A DNA stretch of 64,000 nucleotides from Bythopirellula sp. (GTDB lineage: Bacteria > Planctomycetota > Planctomycetia > Pirellulales > Lacipirellulaceae): the NCBI GenBank assembly GCA_965216565.1, contig OZ244170.1:4000001-4064000 (forward strand), given 5' to 3'. Shown here piece after piece: positions 11,184-20,286 of the stretch (its first letter is position 1; every line of letters starts with the position of its first letter). The notes under the pieces were generated by a model, which was not told the origin of the DNA, searched no databases, and was given only the letters and a program-made list of their open reading frames with translations. Both the position numbers and the translations under genes were made by a program.

Positions 11184-11582
11184 ATGGAAGCTGAAGCACG
11201 CAGTGATGATGCGTTGAGAGACTGTCCGTTTTGCGGGGAGAAAATCAAAGCGATTGCTAAAAAGTGCCGGTACTGTCGCGAGTATCTTGACGAAGAGATG
11301 CGAGCGCAAAACTTGAGGGAATCGATGCCCTCGGCAATCGACCGCTTCATCGCGCCGGACTATACGCCCTCCTATGCAATTACCGCTGGATATTTAGGTT
11401 TATTCTCCTTATTGCCTTTGATCGGAGTTCTGGCAATTGCTTTTAGCTGGCATGCCCTACGCCGACTTCGGCAAAATCCTGAACAACTTGGTCGAGGAAG
11501 AGCAATGTTTGGCTTGGTGATGGGGATCATTACCACATGCTTCTGGGGAGGCATAATCATCGCCGCCGCCATCAGTGGGTGA
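11184..11582 (+). CDS. Zinc ribbon + DUF4190-like membrane protein
   Basis: CPFCGEKIKAIAKKCRYC followed by hydrophobic helices and G.GRA.FG.VMG. Confidence 0.75.
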   Translation: MEAEARSDDALRDCPFCGEKIKAIAKKCRYCREYLDEEMRAQNLRESMPSAIDRFIAPDYTPSYAITAGYLGLFSLLPLIGVLAIAFSWHALRRLRQNPEQLGRGRAMFGLVMGIITTCFWGGIIIAAAISG

Positions 11583-11603
11583 GGCCGCTATTTGCCAAGT
11601 CAG

Positions 11604-14600
11604 TCAGTCCCTGCGGTAGACAGGTTCCTGGTCATCAATTTGCCAACCGACTACGTCATTCAAATTCAGGCGGAATGGCAGCCCTTGGCGGAGAAGCGGA
11701 AACAATTGCGATTCGCCCACCAACTCTCCTTCAAATTGCAGGCCCCCATAGTCTCGTGAGATTGAGTCAACCGCTAAGCGAAATTCTCCGCTCTTAACCT
11801 GTGGGATACAGTACGCTATCACCTCCAGTTGCGGATTCGCGGCCGACTCGAATCGTCTTGCTACCTCAGACAGGGCGAGTCTATGCTCTCGGTCACCAAC
11901 CACATTGGGCTGCTGTTGCCAGGAGCTTAGTGAAAGTCCCTGTCCAAGGACCAAGGGCACAACACCGCTTTGTATCCAGTGAGAAACCAAATCGTGATGT
12001 GCCGGATGCATTCGAAAACCACGCCAAGAGTCCACATCTTCGATACAGAGAATCCGGGAATGGCCTTTGGATAGTTCGCCTGTGACTCTTCGGGCAACAT
12101 CCTCTGCCTCTCGATGCTCGGTTTCGGAGAGGGCCACAGTCCCCACGACTAGCCAGTATTGGCACTTAGCGGCAGTTTCGAGTAATGGATGCGTTTCGCC
12201 GTCAAATTCCCAACCTCTGTCGAATGGCCCCTTTCCCGTTGCCAACCACACTCCAGATTTATCGAGCTGAATTGCAAAGCATCCGGAAGATTCCTCCCTG
12301 CGAGATCCCAGTGAAAGCAGTTTCTTGTCCGATAGTTTGTTTCTATCTAACGCGCTTTCGATCTGTTCGCTGTCCAAGTGCCAAGGTGTCTCGGAGAGAA
12401 AGACTGCATGAACAGTGTTAAAGTCATAGGGCAGTGCCACGGGGAATTCTCGTTGCAGTTCCCCGTATTCTTTGCCCCAAAAAACAGGCCCAGTTGATTC
12501 GCTGTGATAGAACGCAGTCGCCGACTCATCTTTCCTGGCGACTTCTAGTGCAAGTTGCTGCGCGCGGCGATGATTTTCTGTCGCTGCTGCCACGATTGCA
12601 AGATAGTCGACGTCGTTTGATTTCTGTTCGCGGCGGGACGCAAGCTGCTGAGCTTCTTTAAACATGTCCGTTCTTAGTAAGGCTGCAAAAAGACGAGCCT
12701 GATACAGGTCCCTCGTATAAGAGTACGAGAAGGAATCCTCCTCACCCTCCAGTAACTTCTTGGCGTGCTTGGCAAATGCCGAGTGGTCGCCTTGCTCCCA
12801 GGCAGCATTGGCCAAGTGGCGTGTTACTTGAGAGTCAGAGCGATGTGTGGTTCGATGGGCTAACACCAGTTGTTGCAGTCCATTCCAATCCTGGTCAGCG
12901 ATGAATTCACGTGCCAAGGTATTAAAGGCATCTTCCTTTGAGTTGTCAGACCCATAGTGCTGAGCCCAAGTTCCTGCAGCAATCGACAGTTGCAAAATGT
13001 GAGTATCGAAACCAGCACGACCGTTTGCCTCGGCCAACGATCGACCTTGCTGAAGCGACTCGATAGCCGAGTTCCACAACTGCTTTCCAGCCGCGAGTTC
13101 TGCTTTATAGTAATGCCATTGAGGATCGTCCGACTGATGTGCTTGGTGCAATTCGAGAAACGCTGCGACAGCTTCCCAGTGCCCTACTTGCGATGCCAAA
13201 TGGCACAGTTGTGCAAACCGGTTTCTCTTTTCGTCTGTAAGATTGTAGGCAGCGCTAAATCGTCCTTGCTTGTAGAGGACATTTGCCAGCATATAGTTGA
13301 GGGTCTCTGCATTGTACTGCTGGTTGTCATTTGGGTCCGATTCAGATGGTCGTTCTAACCCTTGACGCAAGAGCGCTTCCGCTTCTGCGTAACGACCATC
13401 CTCCTCTGCTAAGTGAGCAGAAAAATAGTAGCCCGCTAAGGAGTTGGGAAACTCGCGAACGAATTGAGCGCTAATCTGTTCGAGTTCTTCGAGCGAAAAT
13501 TGCGAGCCAATATCCTGGTATTCATAGACAATCGCGGTGAACAGCGCCTGCTTGCCGGGCGATTGATTCCAAGCCTCAACCCCGCGTCCAATGGAGCTCA
13601 TCGCGTCGACATAATTTTCGACGTAGCCATTGCGCGTCTGCTCGTCGTGCTCCGCTTGAAAGGCGAGTCGAAATTCGTCTGCAGCCTCTTGGAGTCTGCC
13701 AGCACTGCGCTGTGCAAGCCCGGCGACGTAATGACTTGCTGGCGACGTTGGGGAATTCCTTTGAAGATAGTCTCGCAGAAACGCAATCGCCTCTGGGTCT
13801 TGCCACGCAACCGATTGGGCCACCAAGGCTGCTGCTTTAGTTGGGTCCTTCTGACGCTCTAAGATGTTCTCAAACTGAGACTTCTGTTCAGCAGGCAACG
13901 CCAATAGCAGGGACTGCAAAGCGTTGGCGTGGTTAGGATCGATGCGGAGTATCTGCTCCCACTCCGCCAGGGCATTTTCATCTTGGCCCGAACGTTGGTA
14001 CAGTCGCGCCATTGTTTCACAAAGCTCAAGTGTCGGTCCCACACATTGCTTGTACTTCTTGGCATACTCGATGGCTCGTGCAGGATCTTTCCAGCGATAC
14101 GAATTCATCAGGCCGAAATAGGTCCCAGGTGTCTCTTGCGGTCGAGAGATTTGCTCGAAACATCGCAGTGCTTCGTCCTGTTCCCCAGCGGATTGCCAAA
14201 GATAACCAGCCGTCAGCCAACAGTACCCAACCATTTCCGGCGGGATCGGCTGGGTCTCGGCTTGCCGGAGTTTGTTTGTCGCATTTTCGTAGTCGCCCTC
14301 AGATATAAGTTGGTTCGATTCCGTGAGCAGATCGCTCCAGCGATTAAATCCTTCGTACAGATTGGTATCGAAGTGCCTTGCGTAAACTCCCCACTCTTCC
14401 GAGTAGTGAATGCCTTGATCCAACCGCTCCCAGTCGTACAGCTTCCACTGATCACCATCCCAACCAAGGATCAGACGCAATTCGGCACGGTCTTCTAGGT
14501 CGGGTAGTTTACCGTAAGCATAGATTATGCGAGTGTCGTGATCGTCCTCCGGAGTGAGTACACGAGCCACAACCAAATTGCTCCAGTAAGTATCTACATA

Positions 14601-15086
14601 AGCGGACTTTTTTAGCTGAGTTCGCAGATACCGCTTCTCCAAGAGATTATAGTTATCGAGATTTCCACCTAGCTCGATTCGCTTGAATAGCTTGTGGTGA
14701 TCAACCAAATTGCGGAATTGCTCGCTATCATTTGCCGCTGCAAATGCTCGCAGGTTGTTTAGTAGGCTTTCGATTGCTTGACGCTCTTCGACGTTTTCAA
14801 GCGGAATGCCAGGCAATACGTCATCAGAGGCCTCGAAGTTGCTAAACGCATCGACGGCTTCCGATTGCAGATGGGAAGTACTGTGCAAGCGGGTGACCGT
14901 CACGTTCTCGTCGGTTAACCGGGTCCGACGAATCACAAACCCAATAAATACGACAGTTGTGATTAGGCTAAGTAGAATTCCTCCCACGATGAGCAGGATT
15001 GGAATAACGCGGCGAGGTTTCTGGCGTTCGTCGATGGAGAGCCACTCGACATCCGAATCGAAAGAAGGATCGTTGCTGTGATTCAT
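11604..15086 (-). CDS. Large membrane-anchored TPR-repeat protein (last gene of the Ubl operon)
   Basis: 1160 aa with one N-terminal TM (VIPILLIVGGILLSLITTVVFIGFVI) and many TPR-like helices, e.g. ALAEWEQILRIDPNHANAL. Confidence 0.7.
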   Translation of the reverse strand: MNHSNDPSFDSDVEWLSIDERQKPRRVIPILLIVGGILLSLITTVVFIGFVIRRTRLTDENVTVTRLHSTSHLQSEAVDAFSNFEASDDVLPGIPLENVEERQAIESLLNNLRAFAAANDSEQFRNLVDHHKLFKRIELGGNLDNYNLLEKRYLRTQLKKSAYVDTYWSNLVVARVLTPEDDHDTRIIYAYGKLPDLEDRAELRLILGWDGDQWKLYDWERLDQGIHYSEEWGVYARHFDTNLYEGFNRWSDLLTESNQLISEGDYENATNKLRQAETQPIPPEMVGYCWLTAGYLWQSAGEQDEALRCFEQISRPQETPGTYFGLMNSYRWKDPARAIEYAKKYKQCVGPTLELCETMARLYQRSGQDENALAEWEQILRIDPNHANALQSLLLALPAEQKSQFENILERQKDPTKAAALVAQSVAWQDPEAIAFLRDYLQRNSPTSPASHYVAGLAQRSAGRLQEAADEFRLAFQAEHDEQTRNGYVENYVDAMSSIGRGVEAWNQSPGKQALFTAIVYEYQDIGSQFSLEELEQISAQFVREFPNSLAGYYFSAHLAEEDGRYAEAEALLRQGLERPSESDPNDNQQYNAETLNYMLANVLYKQGRFSAAYNLTDEKRNRFAQLCHLASQVGHWEAVAAFLELHQAHQSDDPQWHYYKAELAAGKQLWNSAIESLQQGRSLAEANGRAGFDTHILQLSIAAGTWAQHYGSDNSKEDAFNTLAREFIADQDWNGLQQLVLAHRTTHRSDSQVTRHLANAAWEQGDHSAFAKHAKKLLEGEEDSFSYSYTRDLYQARLFAALLRTDMFKEAQQLASRREQKSNDVDYLAIVAAATENHRRAQQLALEVARKDESATAFYHSESTGPVFWGKEYGELQREFPVALPYDFNTVHAVFLSETPWHLDSEQIESALDRNKLSDKKLLSLGSRREESSGCFAIQLDKSGVWLATGKGPFDRGWEFDGETHPLLETAAKCQYWLVVGTVALSETEHREAEDVARRVTGELSKGHSRILCIEDVDSWRGFRMHPAHHDLVSHWIQSGVVPLVLGQGLSLSSWQQQPNVVGDREHRLALSEVARRFESAANPQLEVIAYCIPQVKSGEFRLAVDSISRDYGGLQFEGELVGESQLFPLLRQGLPFRLNLNDVVGWQIDDQEPVYRRD

Positions 15087-15143
15087 TTGCAGGCGGCAGG
15101 CGTTGAGTGACAGTCAAGGCGACCGCACAGTTCTTGGTGGAAA

Positions 15144-15638
15144 CTAGACCCCTATTGTTTTCAGCGTCCAATTCCCGATTAGCACGGCGATCAAACATGA
15201 GCCAATCCAGGTAGGCCACTGTCGCTGCACTATCGTATGACGCATCTCACGGAGGCAAAAGATTCGATAAGGGATCTGCAAAACTACGGCAATCCAAAGC
15301 AGCCAGCCCACACGATGGAACTGGATTGACTTAGTCAAATCACCACTCGACAGTGCAATAAAACTTCTTGTCAAACCGCATCCCGGGCAATCGGTTTCGA
15401 ACCAATAGCGGCTGCCACACATGGGCGGGAGCTCGACGCCACCGATGGTTACCGCCGAGGTCGTTCCGCTATCTTGGACGGAGAGCACAAGTGAAAGACC
15501 AAGTATCACAATGCTTGCTATGAGCATCGTCCAATGTCGATCGCGCAATTGTCGAACAATCTTCGCGGAATTAAGACTGGACCCTGCCTGATGTTCTGCG
15601 ACGGTCGGTTCGAGAACCAATTGGACTTCGTCATTCAT
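15144..15638 (-). CDS. DUF2752-family membrane protein
   Basis: C..R......CPGCGLTRSF motif flanked by TM helices. Start placed at ATG 15638. Confidence 0.8.
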   Translation of the reverse strand: MNDEVQLVLEPTVAEHQAGSSLNSAKIVRQLRDRHWTMLIASIVILGLSLVLSVQDSGTTSAVTIGGVELPPMCGSRYWFETDCPGCGLTRSFIALSSGDLTKSIQFHRVGWLLWIAVVLQIPYRIFCLREMRHTIVQRQWPTWIGSCLIAVLIGNWTLKTIGV

Positions 15639-15661
15639 GCGGGTCGCAATTCTCAAAAAAA

Positions 15662-16387
15662 TCAGCCCATCGTTTCGTTAGATACAGAAGGAACAAACAC
15701 GGTATCGCACTGGATGCAGCGTAACTTGCGCCCTGCCATTTCGTGGCGAAAGCGATACTTCTTTTTGCAGCTGGGACACGTTACCGAAGCTGTTGATGCG
15801 GGGTTGGCCAGCGCTTCGGAAGATGGACTATTGTTGGCCGTGGGCGATGGGGCGGGAGGCACTGGGGGTTTGAACGGTTCGCTTAGATTTGCTTGAACGG
15901 GGGCTGCTGCGGTGCTGCTTTGCTCTTCCACCAACAGGCTAACCGGATCCAAAGGAAGCTTTTCCTGGTTGAGTTCCACCCACCGTGCCGCGTCTCCATT
16001 CAGTGGACTTTTCACGTTGTAAACCTGATAGGCCAGCAATTCGCCGATGCGCATTACGATGGACGCCAATGGTTCGCCGGAACTCCAGTGGTCGCCCACA
16101 CAAATGGCATGGGGAGCAATATTCGGATGAAATACGGGCGACAACATGCGGCATTGGGGTGGAGTGCGCGGATAATTCCTTGGCAACACAATCTCAACCA
16201 TGTGGCTTTTAACGCCTTGCAACTGGTCATCGACCATGCGAACACTATTAATACGAAACTCAAGTTGGTAGCGCTCGGGAGGATCTCCCTCGGCTTGGAT
16301 CAAACGGACTCGAGGATGAAGCCGCGCGTACTCTTTCAGTTTTGCATGGTCGGCAGTCAACCGTCTCAAACGTACCGTACTCATCAA
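15662..16387 (-). CDS. Ubiquitin-conjugating enzyme E2 (UBC fold) with a C-terminal zinc ribbon
   Basis: RLRRL N-terminal helix, LPRNYPRTPP, VFHPNI..AICV..HW (HPN motif plus catalytic Cys) and SPLN. Pro/Ser linker, then CPSC-x16-CIQC. Confidence 0.92.
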   Translation of the reverse strand: MMSTVRLRRLTADHAKLKEYARLHPRVRLIQAEGDPPERYQLEFRINSVRMVDDQLQGVKSHMVEIVLPRNYPRTPPQCRMLSPVFHPNIAPHAICVGDHWSSGEPLASIVMRIGELLAYQVYNVKSPLNGDAARWVELNQEKLPLDPVSLLVEEQSSTAAAPVQANLSEPFKPPVPPAPSPTANNSPSSEALANPASTASVTCPSCKKKYRFRHEMAGRKLRCIQCDTVFVPSVSNETMG

Positions 16388-17694
16388 TCGCTCTCCTCAG
16401 CTTCTTGATCGGTAACGATATTTTGACTGGTGATGTCAAACCGTTCAGGGATCAAATCGACCAGCGTGCTAAAGTCGATCGCAAATCCCAGCCCTTCGGC
16501 AATCCTCTTTTCAGCAGTCATAGAGTTGATGCCGACTAGGTGTCCCTGAGAGTCGTAGAGTCCCCCGCCACTATTGCCGGGGTTGATTGGTGCGGAGGTC
16601 TGCAAGATCTTAAACTTCATATTCCCGCGCCTTTGACTTCGAATTTGCGAGAGGCTACCTGACGTATGGGTCCAGCCCAACCCGTGGGGATTGCCTACAG
16701 CAAATACTTCATCGCCAATCTTAGCTTTTTCGTTGTTGTCCCAATTTGCCTCTTGGACGTCTCGATTAGAAAGTGGAGCTGATACGATGGCCAGATCGAT
16801 ACCGTGGGGAGCGACCCATTCAACTGCGCCGGGAATCGACACTTGACTAATCGACATCACCATGACACTGGCGAGGTCGGACAGATTTTTTGGAGCACTT
16901 GTCGTCGAATCGGAGTAGTTCTGGTCGATGACATGCCGGTTCGTCACGATGTAGGCCTGTCCATTGTTGACTTTTAGCACAACGCCCGAGCCGATGCCGG
17001 CACGTCCGAACCCGGCATCAATTTGAATTAAGACATTCGCCCGCATGGCACGTGCGATGTACTCAGGCAAGTCGTCCAGTGAACTGGCATCAATGGCGAG
17101 TTCCGACATAGAGACGGCAGCCCGCGGTGTGCCAAAGTAGCTGGACAGCCCAATAGACCAGCCTACGACGTCTAACAGTCCCAACACCATCGCGGCAACG
17201 GCTAGTCCCATACCCCGTCGATTTTCGCGATGGATCACCAGGGCGATGCAACCGATCAGGATTGCGATAAGTCCCGTGATTATACCGAACAGAGGAATGC
17301 CCAGCAGTGCGACGACCATCGCCCAAATGCTCGCCCGATTCCACCTCCTATCAACTTTCCTGGCGTCTTCTGCCTCAAGACTATTGAACGATTTAGGCGT
17401 CGGGAGTGGCTCGGTGCTTTGAAGTTCTTCGCGAGTGATCGTCAGCGGCGTTTTTTCGCTGCTGGCAATCGTAGCTTTGCCCTCGGTACACTCATACGCG
17501 CTGCAGCCGTGGCCCTCTTGCCAACAATTTTCGTGGTGGACCGCTCCGCAAGACGTGCAGACCGCTACGGGGATGCTGAGGCTAATCTCTGCGCTGCATT
17601 TAGCACATAACGCCCCCGCCTCTCTCTCACCGGCATTGCGTATGATGGGGTCGTTGTGTGACACGTGTTTCACCAAGCTCAAAAGACTATGCAT
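16384..17694 (-). CDS. Prokaryotic RING-like domain + DUF4190-like TM region + trypsin-like (S1C) serine protease
   Basis: CAKC-x12-CTSCGAVHHENCW..GHGCSAYEC, then TM helices, then the triad TNRHV / DLAIV / NPGNSGG. Confidence 0.85.
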   Translation of the reverse strand: MHSLLSLVKHVSHNDPIIRNAGEREAGALCAKCSAEISLSIPVAVCTSCGAVHHENCWQEGHGCSAYECTEGKATIASSEKTPLTITREELQSTEPLPTPKSFNSLEAEDARKVDRRWNRASIWAMVVALLGIPLFGIITGLIAILIGCIALVIHRENRRGMGLAVAAMVLGLLDVVGWSIGLSSYFGTPRAAVSMSELAIDASSLDDLPEYIARAMRANVLIQIDAGFGRAGIGSGVVLKVNNGQAYIVTNRHVIDQNYSDSTTSAPKNLSDLASVMVMSISQVSIPGAVEWVAPHGIDLAIVSAPLSNRDVQEANWDNNEKAKIGDEVFAVGNPHGLGWTHTSGSLSQIRSQRRGNMKFKILQTSAPINPGNSGGGLYDSQGHLVGINSMTAEKRIAEGLGFAIDFSTLVDLIPERFDITSQNIVTDQEAEESD

Positions 17695-17712
17695 AATTAC
17701 GCCAACATGGCG

Positions 17713-18423
17713 TCATATCTCGGAGACAACCACAAACAGTAGCATCAACGCAGAATAGATCGCAGACAGTACGATGGCCGTCCATCCCATGATACTAAAA
17801 AGTGGCCCGCATCGCTTCAGTTTGTCGCGTCTGGGAAGAATGTAACCAAGGGCGATCAATAGCATCAGAGGAGCACAAAGCCCCAACAGCGAGCAGATAA
17901 AGATTCCTGTCACCCATTGTTTCATGGATTCCAGCTCATCGCTGAGCTTACCTTGACGACGAAGATCTCCCGCCGACATGGGATCGACTGTCTCAAAATC
18001 TGTTTGGCAGTATCTGCACCGCAGAGCAATCGATTTTATTTTCTCCCCGCATGCTGGACAACTCTTCGTGTCTCCCCAGGCGGTGAGAGGTGCTTGCACC
18101 GAGGCTTCCGACTTGTCGATTATCGATGCCTGGTCACAACCATAGGTTCCACAGCCACCCACTTCTGACCAACACTCTCGATGGTGCACTTGATCGCAAC
18201 TTGGACAGGTGACGCAATCTTCGCTGACACCAATGTCACTCTGACAAATGGGGCACAGCGCATCTCGCCCAGCATCCAGGGTCACCGAGTTTAGGAGCTT
18301 CAGGTCGGCGGTAACTGCTAGACCCTGTTCGCAGCTGGGACAGCGGAACGAACGATTGGCGCGGTCCTCGGGCAAACGGATCTTCGCACCGCACTGGCAA
18401 GTAATCGTTGTGCTGCTGTCCAC
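17713..18423 (-). CDS. Zn ribbon + prokaryotic RING-like domain + Zn ribbon + TM (candidate membrane E3)
   Basis: CQC..CPSC; CPIC-x12-CPSCDQVHHRECW..VGGCGTYGC; CPACGEKIKSIALRCRYC; C-terminal hydrophobic helices. Confidence 0.85.
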   Translation of the reverse strand: MDSSTTITCQCGAKIRLPEDRANRSFRCPSCEQGLAVTADLKLLNSVTLDAGRDALCPICQSDIGVSEDCVTCPSCDQVHHRECWSEVGGCGTYGCDQASIIDKSEASVQAPLTAWGDTKSCPACGEKIKSIALRCRYCQTDFETVDPMSAGDLRRQGKLSDELESMKQWVTGIFICSLLGLCAPLMLLIALGYILPRRDKLKRCGPLFSIMGWTAIVLSAIYSALMLLFVVVSEI

Positions 18424-18427
18424 TTGT

Positions 18428-18967
18428 TTACGGCGCCTCAGCCACTACGCTTAGCAGGACTCGCACCACCATCCAGAATCCCTGCACGGCAAGTGAAACC
18501 AGAAACATCTTTTTGCCCTTTGGTTTACCCTGAATCATCCAGATGATGCCTACGATACACCCAATTCCGGAACAGAGAATAGCAATCACCCACTCACCGG
18601 TGGACAGGTCGTCGTCTTCGTAACCTCCAGCGGAGCTGGTCTTCTTTACCTTCTTTTGTTCTTGTTTTTTGAGATCGGGATCAAAGATCTCTCCGCAGAA
18701 CCGACACTTGACCGCCTTGCGAAGAATCATTTCGCCACAGGCGGAACAGGGCTTGCGGTCGTCTTCTTGAACCTCGCCGGAAGTCAAATCTGCTTCGCTC
18801 AGTCCAGCCAGCGGCGACGCGAGTGGGTCGAGTGCATCGTCCTCTTGTTGAAGATTCGGGATCTGCAGCACACCACCGCACTTGGGACATTTGGCTTTTT
18901 TCCCGGCGGAACTATCTGGTGTGCTGAGCGTGGCACCACAGCCGTTGCAAGTCACTTTGATAGACAC
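18428..18967 (-). CDS. Double zinc-ribbon membrane protein
   Basis: CNGC..CPKC and CSAC..CRFC with two C-terminal TM segments. GTG start with a GGGGAG RBS. Confidence 0.8.
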   Translation of the reverse strand: MSIKVTCNGCGATLSTPDSSAGKKAKCPKCGGVLQIPNLQQEDDALDPLASPLAGLSEADLTSGEVQEDDRKPCSACGEMILRKAVKCRFCGEIFDPDLKKQEQKKVKKTSSAGGYEDDDLSTGEWVIAILCSGIGCIVGIIWMIQGKPKGKKMFLVSLAVQGFWMVVRVLLSVVAEAP

Positions 18968-19092
18968 TGGTTAACTCCCCTACAGTTAAGATCCTGTCAT
19001 TACATTCGAAATAGCAGATGCATCGAAAAGTTGGCTTCTATTTTATCGAACCTCCGTCGCCGATTCCTCATTTTTCTCCTGCGGAACAGCCG

Positions 19093-20076
19093 TCATCGGA
19101 GATCACTCCTTAAATCGATAGCGGCCATGAGAGACTTGAGCAACCGAAGGAACCACACAAAGGCAACGATGGCCGCCACAAGTATCGTTATGCCGAGAAT
19201 TCCCAAGACAATCCCAGCTTCCTGATCTCCCAAAACCACACTAAGAATACCAATTCCAACGGTGCCGAAGAATAATACGACACCGAAGATTATGAATCTC
19301 GCCGCACTGCGAGCCAAAACATCGTCATCAAGATGTATTGCCGTGCGGCGAATAAACAGAATGAAGAAAACGTTTCCAATAGTTGAGCAGAGGCTTCCGA
19401 GAGACTTGAGAGCCTCTGACTCCATCCCACTACCAAACATAGAAAGGCCTGCACTTGCCATCGTGCAGAAAAAGGCGGTCAACGCAAAAGCACGGGCTCC
19501 ACTGTTTGCAGGAACCGCGGTGGTCCGCGCTTGTCCAATGAGTATGGTTAGGCCGGCTCCTAGAATGGTCAGTCCGGCAACTCCGAATACTGTTAGAAAC
19601 AAGACTGACGGAGCCTTGTTATCTTCTTCCACAAAGGCACCAGTCACCATCAGTGCCACCATCATCGCAACGAAGCAGACAAAGACAATGACTATGCCGT
19701 AATAGATATTCGCCAATCCTCCTCGGACCTTATACCAACTGGGATCATTCGGATCGAATGCTCCGCCACTCGTCCTGGCCATCGATTTATCGAAAATCGT
19801 GCTGCAAAAACGGCACTTCACGGCCGTGCGAATGATCATCTCGCCACACGCGGGACAAGGCTTACGTTCGTCTTGGTCCTCTTCCCCAGCAGTTGTTTCT
19901 TCCTCACCATAGCCTCCGAGAGGCGATGCGATTGGCTCGAGTGCGTCGTCCTCTTGTTGAGGGCCGGGGATCTGCAACATACCGCCACACTTGGGGCATT
20001 TCGCGCGCTTGCCGGCAGCAGAGTCGGGCGTGCTGAGTTTACTTCCACAGCCGCTGCAAGTCACTTCGATGGGCAC
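19093..20076 (-). CDS. Double zinc-ribbon polytopic membrane protein
   Basis: CSGC..CPKC and CPAC..CRFC with about six C-terminal hydrophobic helices. The N-terminus is paralogous to 18428..18967. Confidence 0.8.
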   Translation of the reverse strand: MPIEVTCSGCGSKLSTPDSAAGKRAKCPKCGGMLQIPGPQQEDDALEPIASPLGGYGEEETTAGEEDQDERKPCPACGEMIIRTAVKCRFCSTIFDKSMARTSGGAFDPNDPSWYKVRGGLANIYYGIVIVFVCFVAMMVALMVTGAFVEEDNKAPSVLFLTVFGVAGLTILGAGLTILIGQARTTAVPANSGARAFALTAFFCTMASAGLSMFGSGMESEALKSLGSLCSTIGNVFFILFIRRTAIHLDDDVLARSAARFIIFGVVLFFGTVGIGILSVVLGDQEAGIVLGILGITILVAAIVAFVWFLRLLKSLMAAIDLRSDLR

Positions 20077-20149
20077 TAGTTAATTCCCCTACGTTGAAAA
20101 GTCAGTCTTCGGAATCAAGAGTACGTCGCTATCCTCAGGGCGTTTCTTC

Positions 20150-20286
20150 CTAGAACCAGTTTCAAAAACCGAAAACAGTTCTATGTAAGCCGACGGCGTT
20201 AGCCGCGGGTGGCGTAAGTCTAGGTGTTGTTCTGATGCTACCCGACGCTAGCGCGGTCGGCTCATTGGTTTTGAAACAGCTTCTAG
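20150..20286. mobile_element. 137-bp MITE-like element with CTAG-ended imperfect terminal inverted repeats and an internal inverted REP-like pair
   Basis: Left end CTAGAACCAGTTTCAAAA vs reverse complement of right end CTAGAAGCTGTTTCAAAA. Internal GTAAGCCGACGGCGTTAGCCGCGGG vs reverse complement ATGAGCCGACCGCGCTAGCGTCGGG. Confidence 0.7.
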
